A stretch of 64,000 nt of DNA, taken from assembly GCA_963932905.1 (NCBI GenBank), contig CAWVRN010000002.1, forward strand, positions 160,001-224,000, given 5' to 3'. This document shows positions 47,094-57,306 of the stretch, piece after piece. A program made the position numbers and the translations under genes. Position 1 is the first letter of the stretch. Every line of letters starts with the position of its first letter. Below the pieces are notes generated by a model. It worked only from the letters and a program-made list of their open reading frames with translations. It was not told where the DNA came from and did not search any database. Source of the stretch: an uncultured Bdellovibrio sp. (lineage in GTDB: Bacteria; Bdellovibrionota; Bdellovibrionia; Bdellovibrionales; Bdellovibrionaceae).

Positions 47094-47991
47094 GAGTAAC
47101 CCAGTAGCCTATCCAGTCGTCTTTTTCTAGGCGCATTTCAATTTTTAAATTTTGGTCTTCGATAAAGTCAGAAAGGAATTCAGCTTCATGTTCTTTCAGA
47201 ATTCCAGTAAGAATCATAGAACCATTGGCTTTCATACACTTCACAAGGCTTGATTTTATTTTTAAGAGAACACCATCGATGATGTTCGCTACAACCAGAT
47301 CATAATTTTCACGTATCTCTTCTATGGGAGTTCCAGAAACGTCAAACTGAGTTGTATTATTTTTAGTAACGTTTTCGCCCGCAACGCGAATGGCTTCTGG
47401 ATCCACTTCTAAACCCTTAACGCTGGCAAAACCTTGATGACGAGCCAAAATACCAAGAATCCCCGTGCCTGTGCCGACATCAAGTAACGTGTGCGTGTTT
47501 AGGTTAGATTGCTGTTTTCCGTATTTCACTATTAAGTAAGAAGCCATCTGAGTCGTCGCGTGGGTGCCAGTGCCGAATGCCATTCCGGGATCGATGAATA
47601 TAGGAACCGGGCAATCGGCAGGTACAGGTTCCCAGCTAGGGACAACCCAGTATTTATCTACCAGCTTGAATGCTTTGAAACCCTTCTTCCATTCCTCTAA
47701 CCAGTCTTTGGTTTCTTCTTCCGTAATTTCCCAGTCTACATTCGGAGCCATATCAGTTAAACCGTCAAAGAAATTGCATCCTGGGCGTTCATTGAAAAAT
47801 ACATCGACTGAAAAGTTTTTTTGGTACAAAACTTTTGGATCATAAACCAAACTCGGTTGGACAAAATTTAGTGCCTCTGAAACGCCTAAAGCGCCGCAAT
47901 CAAAGCAGTGTTTAGTTATCGTAGATTCATTTTCTGAGGTAATATTTTTAAGCTTGATCTTGATATACGTATTGGCTGCAGTAGTTGTCAT
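47086..47991 (-). CDS. prmA: ribosomal protein L11 methyltransferase
   Basis: DW..WK, IDPGMAFGTGTHATT, LDVGTGTGIL, VANI. Confidence 0.93.
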   Translation of the reverse strand: MTTTAANTYIKIKLKNITSENESTITKHCFDCGALGVSEALNFVQPSLVYDPKVLYQKNFSVDVFFNERPGCNFFDGLTDMAPNVDWEITEEETKDWLEEWKKGFKAFKLVDKYWVVPSWEPVPADCPVPIFIDPGMAFGTGTHATTQMASYLIVKYGKQQSNLNTHTLLDVGTGTGILGILARHQGFASVKGLEVDPEAIRVAGENVTKNNTTQFDVSGTPIEEIRENYDLVVANIIDGVLLKIKSSLVKCMKANGSMILTGILKEHEAEFLSDFIEDQNLKIEMRLEKDDWIGYWVTHA

Positions 47992-48101
47992 GGGCGTAAG
48001 AACTAGCAGGTTACTCTGACGTGGTCAAAAACGTTTTTCTTTAGTGCTGTTAACTATTTACAGATTACAGGGTTGGGGGCGAGAAAGGGTGTAAAAAGCG
48101 T

Positions 48102-48479
48102 TTAGTTAGTTTCTAATGAATCGCCGATCATGAACCATGGGTTATCTAGCATAGGAAGCTCTTCACGTGAGAATGTCTTTACTTCGCGGGCAACGGCAAT
48201 TTTTCCATAGACAGCGATAATTTTGAGTTGGCCAACTGGGGCCTGGATTTCACCCATGACTTGTGAGCCAGAAGCGTCTCTCAGAGTGACTTTACGGGTA
48301 ACCGTGTAGACTTGATTTTTCTTAAGTTTGGCACCGTCGCCATTCTTGATGTAGAAGTCTTTATAAACAGGATCTGTATCAGATAACGGGATGTTTCTGC
48401 GTACTTCAAATATTGAAATTTCATCGGCCGAAGCTAAAGAGTGCATTCCTAGTAAGGCCAGAACTAAAATCCATTTCAT
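48102..48479 (-). CDS. secreted hypothetical protein
   Basis: signal peptide ending LASA. Confidence 0.75.
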   Translation of the reverse strand: MKWILVLALLGMHSLASADEISIFEVRRNIPLSDTDPVYKDFYIKNGDGAKLKKNQVYTVTRKVTLRDASGSQVMGEIQAPVGQLKIIAVYGKIAVAREVKTFSREELPMLDNPWFMIGDSLETN

Positions 48480-48486
48480 ACTAACC

Positions 48487-48513
48487 CTATCGGAGTCTCA
48501 TTTTTAGACTTCA
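48487..48513 (-). promoter_or_regulatory. putative sigma28 promoter whose spacer is the palindrome GTCTCA-TTT-TTAGAC (48495-48509)
   Basis: minus strand TGAA-gtctaaaaatgagac-TCCGATAG, 7 nt before ATG 48479. Confidence 0.55.
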
Positions 48514-48675
48514 CAGAACATAGGACTAGATTTCAAAGTAGGTTGTTATGGAAAACACGACCTTTGTGGCTACTCTTCGTTTGAATTGGTGAAAGATCAG
48601 TCATAGGTCGTATTGAAATTTGAATTTAATTTAATACTATGAATTTGAGCCAATAATATTCAACCTGGAGACGAA

Positions 48676-49701
48676 ATGATCGAACTTAATAATTTGAAAA
48701 CTATTTTAAAAATACTGGGCGTAACGTCACTTGCGATAGGTTTTGCTGCATGTAAATCTGGTGATAATGGATCTGGTAGTGGATCTAGTTTGGAAATTCC
48801 TCAAATGGCCGGGCCTGTTTCGGGCGGCACAGGTACGGCGGTTATACCTCAAGCGACAGGAACGGCTATTACCGGAAGTACAACACCAGCCAATTCCCAA
48901 GCGGCTGCGTTTAAGAGTTTAGTAAAATCATTTTTAGATTTTAGCAAAGTGACAGATCAGTTTTCGTGTTTTGCAAAAACTCTTGTTAACAACGGTGTGG
49001 TTCAAGGAGATGGCACAAGCGTTGTGTTTTATGATGATCAAGATTCTTCGGCTTACAAAGCCAAATTTAGTGTCACTGCTAACGGAACCGAGCTTGTGAA
49101 TTATAAAATGTACCTGTGTTCAAGTGGTGCTTCGACGAACAGTTTTTACGTCACGGCTGCGAAATCGGGGAACAATATTTCTTTCACTATGAAATACAAA
49201 TATTCAACATCCGTTGAAGGCTCAATGACTGTAACAGGACAAGTGAATGGTGGCGACTGGTTAAACAAGGTGGTTGAAATGCAAAATGTCGCTTCCAACA
49301 ACATTTATAAATTTCAAATGACCCAGACATCGTCAACAATGACTTTAAAATCAGCCTCTGATGCGGCTTCGGGAACAGACTATTTGATGTATGGGAAGTT
49401 TGGAGTGTCGGGAAGCGGTGCCGATAGCTATGCGATGACAGAAGGCACAGCGAAGTATTATATTAACGGCACGGGTTCTGAGCTTGTATCTCATTGGAAT
49501 TCCACGGGTGCAAATGCTTCAACAAGCGCCTACGCTGCCGATGTTTCAGCGGCCAGTTATTACTCTTTACCTTTGAGTTTTTCTGGCGCTATCGGTGGCG
49601 ATGAAATTTGGGATTGTTCAAATGGATCTACACAAACGGTTTCTTCGTCATCCTTAAGCGCTTCGGTCAAATCCCAACTAGAGGCTTGTAGCAGCAACTA
49701 G
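48676..49701 (+). CDS. Ser/Thr/Gly-rich lipoprotein
   Basis: GGAG RBS; lipobox FAAC; beta-rich body with four further Cys. Confidence 0.8.
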   Translation: MIELNNLKTILKILGVTSLAIGFAACKSGDNGSGSGSSLEIPQMAGPVSGGTGTAVIPQATGTAITGSTTPANSQAAAFKSLVKSFLDFSKVTDQFSCFAKTLVNNGVVQGDGTSVVFYDDQDSSAYKAKFSVTANGTELVNYKMYLCSSGASTNSFYVTAAKSGNNISFTMKYKYSTSVEGSMTVTGQVNGGDWLNKVVEMQNVASNNIYKFQMTQTSSTMTLKSASDAASGTDYLMYGKFGVSGSGADSYAMTEGTAKYYINGTGSELVSHWNSTGANASTSAYAADVSAASYYSLPLSFSGAIGGDEIWDCSNGSTQTVSSSSLSASVKSQLEACSSN

Positions 49702-49718
49702 AACTTAGCTGCTGCAAG
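49685..49718. terminator. hairpin between convergent genes
   Basis: CTTGTAGCAGC ... GCTGCTGCAAG. Confidence 0.45.
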
Positions 49719-49721
49719 AAA

Positions 49722-50630
49722 TTAATCTTTGAATAGTTTATTAAAATCGCGATTTTGCTTATGAGTCGCTTTGAACGACCGCTTGCCCACATGCTTACCT
49801 GGAGCGGGTTTGGCCAGTTTTGGCTTAGCATTCAATTTAGGTTTTGCGTCAGCGGGTAAGTCTTTGATGAATACTTTTTTAAGATCAGTTTCGTCAAGGT
49901 AAGTCAGTTCACCGCGCTCAAGGTGGCCCAGTTTCAATTGGCCGATAGCGATACGTTGAAGTTTTAAAACGTCGTAACCAATTTTTTCAAACATGTAACG
50001 GATCTGACGATTTTTACCTTCGTTGATAACAATCTTGATCCAATTGTACTGTTTGGAGCCTTCTTTGCGGCTGATTTTTTCGATATGGATAGCGCGCACG
50101 CGGCCACCAGGGATAGACACGCCCATTTTCAGCCGGTTTAAATGCTTTTCATCAGGTTGGCCATCGATTTTCACCAAATAGGTTTTAGTGATATCATTCT
50201 TTGGTTGCATTACCTTGTTAGCGAATTCACCGTCGTTTGTGAATAGCAGTAAACCTTCAGAATCCCAGTCTAGACGTCCCACAGGGAACACGCGTTGAGA
50301 AATATCGCCAAGGTAATGAGCAACCGTTGGGCGACCTAGTTCGTCTTCCATCGTAGTCAAAATGCCTTTTGGTTTGTGAAGCATTAAGTAGATTTTTTCA
50401 GTGACTGGCTTGATAGGCTTACGGTCAACAGTGATGCGGTCTTCTTTAGGATTTACTTTGATACCTAACTCGAATACCTTTTTGCCGTTAACTAGGACGC
50501 GGCCGTCAGCGATGATACCATCGGCGGCCCTGCGGGAACAAATACCAGAATCAGCTAAAAACTTGTTGAGTCTTACAGTTCCCGAGTTGTCGGAGTTTTT
50601 AGATGTGGTTTTATTTGATTTGTCTGCCAT
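49722..50630 (-). CDS. RsuA/RluB-family rRNA pseudouridine synthase
   Basis: S4 domain RLNKFLA..CSRR; PVGRLDWDSEGLLL; EGKNRQIR. Confidence 0.93.
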   Translation of the reverse strand: MADKSNKTTSKNSDNSGTVRLNKFLADSGICSRRAADGIIADGRVLVNGKKVFELGIKVNPKEDRITVDRKPIKPVTEKIYLMLHKPKGILTTMEDELGRPTVAHYLGDISQRVFPVGRLDWDSEGLLLFTNDGEFANKVMQPKNDITKTYLVKIDGQPDEKHLNRLKMGVSIPGGRVRAIHIEKISRKEGSKQYNWIKIVINEGKNRQIRYMFEKIGYDVLKLQRIAIGQLKLGHLERGELTYLDETDLKKVFIKDLPADAKPKLNAKPKLAKPAPGKHVGKRSFKATHKQNRDFNKLFKD

Positions 50631-51586
50631 GGTTCGCCGCTCTTTGCTGGATCGTTTTGTGTCGTCACAAGTAAGTGACGGACTTTTCTTATCAAGTCCT
50701 CTAGGCGTTTGTCACCTACATACACGTTTTCAAGAGCGGATTCGGATTGAGAGAGTAAAATAGTAATATAATTCTGCCAAGATTCTGAATTTTTTTCCCA
50801 GAAACCAAGGGTAATGTCCTCTAGCTTCTTAACGATATCGCCATAGAACGGATCTGTGCTTCTCGACACAAAGAACTGTTCTATGCGCTTAACCGGCCAG
50901 AATAGCTTTGGAATATCATGCAGTTTGGCGCTTTGGATGTCCTGCGATTTCTGGAACATGTATCCGCGAGTCAGGGCGCCCGAAATAAGGCCATTTTTGA
51001 TCGTAAACTGCATCAAGTGATGGGGGCTGACTTCCAGAGTGTGAACAAACTGAGAATCAATCTCCATCGATGAATCAAACGAGATTTTAAGCTGAGTGCG
51101 AAGAGGCTCTAGAACACCATTGCGGATCGTGAATTTGCGGTCTAACTGAAGAACGTCGATGCCGCTGCCATCTTTTAAAATAAACGCGAACCACTTTTTC
51201 TGTTCCGTGAAAATTTTGAATTTTACTTCTTTCATGTAACGGGCCCGAATGTATCGAGTCAGAATTTCTTCAACGGCCTTAGGAGATTCCACTTCGATAA
51301 TTTGGATTTGATCAGGGAAAGTAATTTTTGTTAGATCAAAGTGGTTTTGATAAAAATCGTTAAAGTTTTTTAATAAAATTTGTATTTCGTGGCTTAGATG
51401 CCCTCGATTTGAGTACCAGTGCGAGTATTCAAGACATTGGTAAAAGAATTCGCTAATTAAACCATCAGATAATTCTTCTTCAGGCGAATGAAAGGCTTTT
51501 AAGTAGTTGTACAAAGCCAAACGCGTTGGAGACGTGTGTGGATTTATTTCGGTTAAAAACTTGATTAAATAGGCAACTTTCAACAT
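50573..51586 (-). CDS. hypothetical protein
   Basis: 337-aa ORF; promoter TAGACT-N17-TATTTT 6 nt before the ATG. Confidence 0.75.
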   Translation of the reverse strand: MLKVAYLIKFLTEINPHTSPTRLALYNYLKAFHSPEEELSDGLISEFFYQCLEYSHWYSNRGHLSHEIQILLKNFNDFYQNHFDLTKITFPDQIQIIEVESPKAVEEILTRYIRARYMKEVKFKIFTEQKKWFAFILKDGSGIDVLQLDRKFTIRNGVLEPLRTQLKISFDSSMEIDSQFVHTLEVSPHHLMQFTIKNGLISGALTRGYMFQKSQDIQSAKLHDIPKLFWPVKRIEQFFVSRSTDPFYGDIVKKLEDITLGFWEKNSESWQNYITILLSQSESALENVYVGDKRLEDLIRKVRHLLVTTQNDPAKSGEPWQTNQIKPHLKTPTTREL

Positions 51587-51655
51587 AAGAATAAAATAGG
51601 AATTTTTTAGTGATTAGTCTAGCATTATCTTCTATATTCTCGGTTAGAAACCATC

Positions 51656-52186
51656 TTGGGAGGGTTTGTGAAAAAAGAGCTGAATTACACTTTCTTTGAT
51701 ATCAACACGGGCATGCCGGCGAAACAGAGCGTTTTTGTCACTGCCAATCAGCCTCCTCCGGCCAACTGGAATTTTGCCCAAGATCAGGAAAAGATAGCCA
51801 TGACCAGCGTTCCGACACCAGAAATTTCTGGAAATCAGAATGAATTGGCTGATGTGAAAATGGAAATCATGGAAATTCAAAAAGCCTCAAAGCTGCGCAC
51901 TGACCGATATAATTTGTCATTGCAGCGCCTAGAAGCCCAGCAAAACCAAATGGCTAATGATATTTCGGAAAAATTTGCTTTGCTTTTACAGAAATTGAAC
52001 GAGCAAAAAAAGTACGATCAAAAAGTTCAAGACATCGTTGATCGCCACAACAATTTGTTAAAAGGCTACGAAGTTCGTTTAAATCAAATGCAGAAATTGT
52101 TAATGCAAAAAGAACAAGATTACGTTGAAGCCGTAACGTCTCTTAAAGAACTAAAAGCTGAAATTGGACGCTTGAAGCGTTTATAA
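51656..52186 (+). CDS. coiled-coil hypothetical protein (start probably GTG 51668)
   Basis: GGAGG before the GTG; heptad-rich C-terminus. Confidence 0.7.
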   Translation: MGGFVKKELNYTFFDINTGMPAKQSVFVTANQPPPANWNFAQDQEKIAMTSVPTPEISGNQNELADVKMEIMEIQKASKLRTDRYNLSLQRLEAQQNQMANDISEKFALLLQKLNEQKKYDQKVQDIVDRHNNLLKGYEVRLNQMQKLLMQKEQDYVEAVTSLKELKAEIGRLKRL

Positions 52187-52190
52187 AAAA

Positions 52191-53480
52191 ATGAAACAGC
52201 TGGGATTGCTTTTCCTTTTGGGTTTGTTGCTGGTTGGATGTACGACAGGACAAATTATCGAAAAAAAAGAGTATGCGCCCGTAGTTGAAGCTTTAAAAAA
52301 TGATAATCGTAAACTGGCATTGAATCGCTTTCCCAACAAAGAACAAAGTCATTTTATCCCGCTATTAGAAAAAGTGTACCTACAGTTGATTGATGATGCC
52401 GACGTAATCACTAAAGACTCAAAAGAGACTCCCGAATTTACGCAGCTGCTGCGCGAATCACGTGAAATTGAACGCAACGAAAAATTATCGGTGTCGAACG
52501 AAATCAACCAGCTGTTTTTTATCAAAACGGATGAAGGATACTATCCGGCTAATCACGAAATTTTTTGGATGCACTATTTGTTAGGGCTGACATTTATTAA
52601 AAGAAATCAAATTGCGAGTGCGCGAGTAGAAGCTAAGCGTATTTCTGAATTGTTCGCTCGCGTTGATATGAGCGGTAAACCATTTTACGACAATGCGGGA
52701 ATTCGAATTCTTTCAGCGTCATTGTGGGCCATGTGTGGTGAAAAAGAAAATGCCATCGTAGATCTTCGCAAAGCCGAAGCTATGGGCGGTTTTGTAGGCG
52801 CCAATCAATACGAAACAAAACCGATCAATTGGAATCTACTATTCAAAGGCACTGGGTTTACACCGAACAGTGATTCAAGTTCGTTTTCAGACAAAATTAG
52901 TGGTTTCAAGGCGATTCAATTTAAAACTGAAATTCCTGTACAAAATGTTCCTGAACAAAAGACAGAGAGTTCACGGATTGTTTTTTCTTCCAAGTCTTGG
53001 CACACGGAAAACTTAGTCCGCAATGAATCATTCAAAGAAACCATTCAGAAATCAAAATACATGTCGCGTATGTTTAAGAGTGAGCTTGAATATCAATCGT
53101 TGAACTTGCTTACCAGCGTTGCGACGGGTGTAGTTTTAGCGACGGGAATAACGGTTGGTGTGGCTATCGTTGGTGGCGGTATATATTTATTGGCTCAGTC
53201 GGGTGCCTCTGGAAGTGCCGGTGAGGGTATTCTGCAAATCATGGGTATTGGAATTATTGCAGGTACCGAAATTTATAATTCAGGCATGAGGTTTTACGAT
53301 TCAACTCAGAATAAAATTCAATCAGAACGTAAAGAATTCCAAGATGTAAGCCGGTTCTATCGTTACGTTCGTTTTGTTCCTGATTATTTTGTGTTGGATA
53401 TAGACTCATCCGCAAAAACACCTACATTCTTGAAAAACGAAAATTCTGCTGGTCGTATTAATCTTCAATTTGAACCCTAA
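52191..53480 (+). CDS. lipoprotein with TPR-like helices (COG3014-like)
   Basis: lipobox LVGC; YYP..HE..HY..L..A.VEAKR. Confidence 0.65.
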   Translation: MKQLGLLFLLGLLLVGCTTGQIIEKKEYAPVVEALKNDNRKLALNRFPNKEQSHFIPLLEKVYLQLIDDADVITKDSKETPEFTQLLRESREIERNEKLSVSNEINQLFFIKTDEGYYPANHEIFWMHYLLGLTFIKRNQIASARVEAKRISELFARVDMSGKPFYDNAGIRILSASLWAMCGEKENAIVDLRKAEAMGGFVGANQYETKPINWNLLFKGTGFTPNSDSSSFSDKISGFKAIQFKTEIPVQNVPEQKTESSRIVFSSKSWHTENLVRNESFKETIQKSKYMSRMFKSELEYQSLNLLTSVATGVVLATGITVGVAIVGGGIYLLAQSGASGSAGEGILQIMGIGIIAGTEIYNSGMRFYDSTQNKIQSERKEFQDVSRFYRYVRFVPDYFVLDIDSSAKTPTFLKNENSAGRINLQFEP

Positions 53481-55260
53481 GGTCGTCGATACGTTTAAAG
53501 AATTTTTCTTTGCTTTCAAATTCAGTTAGGGTTTTTGCTTTGATCCAATTCCCGTGCGAATCAAAGAATAGAATTGTCGGTAGACCAACGATACTATACT
53601 TTTTCTTCAGTTCATTAAGCGAAGTTGAATCTTTTGTCGCATCCATTTTAAGAAGAACGATATTTTTTGTGCGTTCTCTGAATTCTGCCGATGAAAACAC
53701 TTTTTCTTCTAGTTCCCAGCAGGCTGCGCACCAATCAGCAAAGAAGTCGACGATCACTATTTTCTTATCTAATTTAGCCTGATCTAGCGCGGCGTCAGAA
53801 AATGGAGTCCATAGTTTATCTTTATTGAACTTAACTTCTTGGAATTCAGTGCCAGGACCTGATTTCCCATCAAGACCCGTGATGCCCATTACAAAAAATG
53901 CAAAACCTAAAATCAAGACAGCTTGCATGAAACCTTTGCGAACTAAATCACGTTTTCTGTTCGTCGGCTTTAGGAAAGCACCATATAAACTTGCAAGGAC
54001 CACAAGTCCCACTCCCAACACGCTTTGGAAAACGCGCAGAGGAACTAATAGTTCGAAGTAGTAAAAGAATCCTACTAGCATCAATGTACCCAGGATAACT
54101 TTCGTGGTTTCCATCCATGGGCCTGAACGTGGTAACTTGCGCATTAGTTCCGTTGAAGATCCTAGGATAATGAAAATCAAACCCATGCCCATCGCGTAGG
54201 TAAATAGTAGAAAAAAACCAAATACAGAGTTTTGTTGGGTTGAGACATAAGTCAAAATAGAAACTAGCACTGGTCCCACGCATGGACTTGCTACGATGCC
54301 AGCGAATAAACCAGAAAGATACGCGCCTAGGTATCCCTTTTTCTGAGGACCTTGACCAAATCGTTGTGTGATAAATCTTGGCATTTGCAAATCGAAAGCG
54401 CCGTACATCGAAAGAGCCATCAAGAAAAACAGGCCGCAGATGAATGTCAACACATAGGGATTCGACAGAATTGAGCCAAATAACATTCCTGATTTAGCTG
54501 CTATTAGTCCCAAAACAGAATAGGTTGTGGCGATACCCAGTACGTAAACAACACTGATCAAAAAGTTTGTTAATCGCGTTCGTTTTTCGGAATGATTATT
54601 TAAAATAGCTAACGTGATTGGGATCATTGGGAAAATACACGGGGTAAAACTAGTTACGATACCGGCCAAGAAGGCTAGGATCAAGGCAAGCCATAAACTT
54701 TGCCCTAAAAAGTAACTAAATCCTTCAGCAGAAAATAGCGACATATCTTTTGGCATATTAGCCAGTGTGGGCTTTTCTTTTCCGACAAATGTGACAGGTA
54801 GAGAAACATCTTTGCTTTTTGGGAACAAACAAAACGCATCCGAGCATGCCTGATATGTTAATTCGAAAACTAGCTTTCCGTTGTCATCGACAAACCGGTC
54901 CGGCGTTTCTAGAAGTATAGACATGGCCGAATTGCCTTCAACACCTGTGCGATCTTTTTTAGAAAATTTATCGAACCATTTTTTTAATGGATTCAGAGAA
55001 ATTGATTTTACGATGATTCCCGATGGTTCTAGAACTGTAATTTTAAATTGATCTTCATAAGCATGAAAACCTTTAGGCAATTGCAAATTCAGCTGAACAG
55101 AATATTCGTTCTTAGGTTTGATTTCCGACGGACTTGACGCCACCTGAATGCTGAGAGGATCTTTTGCATTTTCTTGTGCGTGCGAAGTATTCATGCCCCA
55201 AAGGCCAGTTGTCAGCGCAATAAATGCTAGTAGTGTGGTTGTCAGTCGAGTGTTATGCAT
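53458..55260 (-). CDS. dsbD: thiol:disulfide interchange protein DsbD
   Basis: YQACS..CL; SFTPCIFPMIP; ASPCVGP; PRSGPWM; DFFADWCAAC. Confidence 0.93.
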   Translation of the reverse strand: MHNTRLTTTLLAFIALTTGLWGMNTSHAQENAKDPLSIQVASSPSEIKPKNEYSVQLNLQLPKGFHAYEDQFKITVLEPSGIIVKSISLNPLKKWFDKFSKKDRTGVEGNSAMSILLETPDRFVDDNGKLVFELTYQACSDAFCLFPKSKDVSLPVTFVGKEKPTLANMPKDMSLFSAEGFSYFLGQSLWLALILAFLAGIVTSFTPCIFPMIPITLAILNNHSEKRTRLTNFLISVVYVLGIATTYSVLGLIAAKSGMLFGSILSNPYVLTFICGLFFLMALSMYGAFDLQMPRFITQRFGQGPQKKGYLGAYLSGLFAGIVASPCVGPVLVSILTYVSTQQNSVFGFFLLFTYAMGMGLIFIILGSSTELMRKLPRSGPWMETTKVILGTLMLVGFFYYFELLVPLRVFQSVLGVGLVVLASLYGAFLKPTNRKRDLVRKGFMQAVLILGFAFFVMGITGLDGKSGPGTEFQEVKFNKDKLWTPFSDAALDQAKLDKKIVIVDFFADWCAACWELEEKVFSSAEFRERTKNIVLLKMDATKDSTSLNELKKKYSIVGLPTILFFDSHGNWIKAKTLTEFESKEKFFKRIDDLRVQIED

Positions 55261-55268
55261 TTCATATC

Positions 55269-55295
55269 CTATCGGTCTTTGGATAGTATAACTTA
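55269..55295 (-). promoter_or_regulatory. putative sigma28-type promoter of dsbD
   Basis: minus strand TAAG-N15-ACCGATAG, 8 nt before the ATG. Confidence 0.5.
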
Positions 55296-55362
55296 GTTCT
55301 GAAGAAAGGTTGAGAATCTTTTCAGACCTAGGTCCGGAAAAATCAAACTTTGTGCCCTGGTC

Positions 55363-55389
55363 TCAATATTTTACGGCGAGTGCCGATTA
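55363..55389 (+). promoter_or_regulatory. sigma28/FliA promoter of motAB
   Basis: TCAA-N15-GCCGATTA, close to the FliA consensus, upstream of motA. Confidence 0.65.
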
Positions 55390-55406
55390 TTTACTCGAGG
55401 TAAAAT

Positions 55407-56273
55407 ATGGGATTTGTAGGTGTTATAGTCGTTTTCGCCATGGTGTTCGGTGGTTTCATTTTAGCCGGTGGACATTTAAGCGTTATCATTAGTGCAGCCC
55501 CACTTGAATTGATGATCATCGGGGGAGCCGCTCTGGGCGCGTATATTATCGCTAACCCTCTAAAAATTATCAAAGCGGGATTCAAGCTTGGTATACACGC
55601 GATGACGGCAAAAGGTCCTCAAAAAAGTGACTACTTAGAGCTTTTGCAATTGTTGTTTCAGATCTTTCAAGTGTTCCGTAAAGAGGGACCTCAAGGGATC
55701 GAGAAACATATTGAAGATCCAACCAAGAGTGAAATTTTTAAGGCGTATCCAAATTTTATGAAGAATCATCACGCCGTACATTTTCTGTGCGACACGATGA
55801 AGATCACACTATCTGCTGAATTATCTCCATATGACGTAGATGATTTACTAGATGGCGATATCAAAGCGATCCACGCCGAAGAACATATGGCTCAGCATGC
55901 AGTGCAAGCCGTAGCCGACGGGTTCCCGGGACTAGGGATCGTTGCCGCCGTTCTTGGTATCGTTAAAACCATGGGACATTTAACTGAAGGTACCGAAGTT
56001 ATCGGTCGCCTTATCGGTAATGCCCTTGTTGGAACGATGTTAGGGGTTTTCGGTGCCTACGGTATGATCGGTCCAGTTGCATCTAAGATGGCTGCTGATA
56101 TCGAAGCGGAAGGTCGTTATTTAGGATGTATTAAAGCAGCTATGATTAGCTTACAGCGAGGCGCCCCTCCCTTAGTGTGCGTAGAGTTTGCTCGTCGTGG
56201 AATCATGCCTGAAGAAAGACCAACATTCGAAGAAATGGACAAGGCAACAAAAGACATTAAGAAAGCGGCCTAA
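55407..56273 (+). CDS. motA: flagellar stator protein MotA
   Basis: GGH..ELMIIGGAA; PGLGIVAAVLG; ALVGTMLG; VEFARR; RPTF. Confidence 0.95.
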   Translation: MGFVGVIVVFAMVFGGFILAGGHLSVIISAAPLELMIIGGAALGAYIIANPLKIIKAGFKLGIHAMTAKGPQKSDYLELLQLLFQIFQVFRKEGPQGIEKHIEDPTKSEIFKAYPNFMKNHHAVHFLCDTMKITLSAELSPYDVDDLLDGDIKAIHAEEHMAQHAVQAVADGFPGLGIVAAVLGIVKTMGHLTEGTEVIGRLIGNALVGTMLGVFGAYGMIGPVASKMAADIEAEGRYLGCIKAAMISLQRGAPPLVCVEFARRGIMPEERPTFEEMDKATKDIKKAA

Positions 56274-56293
56274 TCAATAGGTCAGTTAGAAAT

Positions 56294-56315
56294 AGAGTCG
56301 CACTGATGCGACTCT
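56294..56315. other. intercistronic hairpin between motA and motB
   Basis: AGAGTCGCA-ctga-TGCGACTCT perfect 9-bp stem. Confidence 0.5.
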
Positions 56316-56336
56316 GAGTAGTAAACGAAGGAACCA

Positions 56337-57278
56337 ATGGCTAAAGAAAAACCAATGATCGTTATCAAAAAAGTCATCGTGACCGGAGCCGGTCACCATG
56401 GTGGTTCGTGGAAAGTGGCCCTGGCCGACTTCATGACTGCGATGATGGCGTTCTTCCTGGTTATGTGGCTATTGGGTCAATCCGAAGATACCAAGAAAGC
56501 GATCTCTGATTATTTTTCGACTCCATCCGTGATTGAATACAATTTCAAAAACTATGGTGCGACGATCACATTGGAAAAACTATTTTTGGATTTAGTGAAT
56601 GAACCTCTGCAAGCCTTTGAATCGTTCATGGAACCAATGGATAAAACTCCGAATTTACTAGATATGGGTTCGGCCAGCGTTGTAGCGGGTTTCCTTGCAG
56701 ATTCTTTAGCCGAAGATGCTCAGAATGTTAAGATTGATCAAACAGGTTTTGAATTTGATCTGCCAGAAACAATTTTGTTTGCAAAAGGTTCTGCGGAGCC
56801 AGGCACTCGATTCATTGAAGTCATGGATAAAATCAAAGGTGTTACGACAGGTTTAGAAGATGCAAAAATCGAATTGAAATCTGTGGTAACAACTGGGACG
56901 TTGACAGATTCCCAAGAGAAAAACGCAATGGACGTGGCTCAGGCACGTTTGGATTTAGTTTCCAATAAAGTGAAAGCTGGTCTTGAAAGCACAACAGTGG
57001 ACATCAACGGCGGAACCAGTGTTGTGAACACTAAAGGTGATCCGGCTGCAGAAAAGAAAATTGGTTTTGTCCGTATTTCTATAAAGCAAAAAGACCTTAA
57101 ATCTAATGGTCAACCACAAAGAAAATTGGAATCAGCATTTGGACCGGCTAATCAGGAAGTAAATGTTTATGATAATTTTGTGAACCAATTAGCTAACCAA
57201 AAGAAAAACGCGGCTGAAGCTAAACCTGAAAAAGGTGACAATAAAGGCAGCGCGAAACCAGAGTCTATCAAAAAATAG
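56337..57278 (+). CDS. motB: flagellar stator protein MotB
   Basis: HHGGSWKVALADFMTAMMAFFLVMWL with the conserved Asp. Confidence 0.92.
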   Translation: MAKEKPMIVIKKVIVTGAGHHGGSWKVALADFMTAMMAFFLVMWLLGQSEDTKKAISDYFSTPSVIEYNFKNYGATITLEKLFLDLVNEPLQAFESFMEPMDKTPNLLDMGSASVVAGFLADSLAEDAQNVKIDQTGFEFDLPETILFAKGSAEPGTRFIEVMDKIKGVTTGLEDAKIELKSVVTTGTLTDSQEKNAMDVAQARLDLVSNKVKAGLESTTVDINGGTSVVNTKGDPAAEKKIGFVRISIKQKDLKSNGQPQRKLESAFGPANQEVNVYDNFVNQLANQKKNAAEAKPEKGDNKGSAKPESIKK

Positions 57279-57306
57279 AAACCAAGAATATTGAAACTAA
57301 TGGCAT

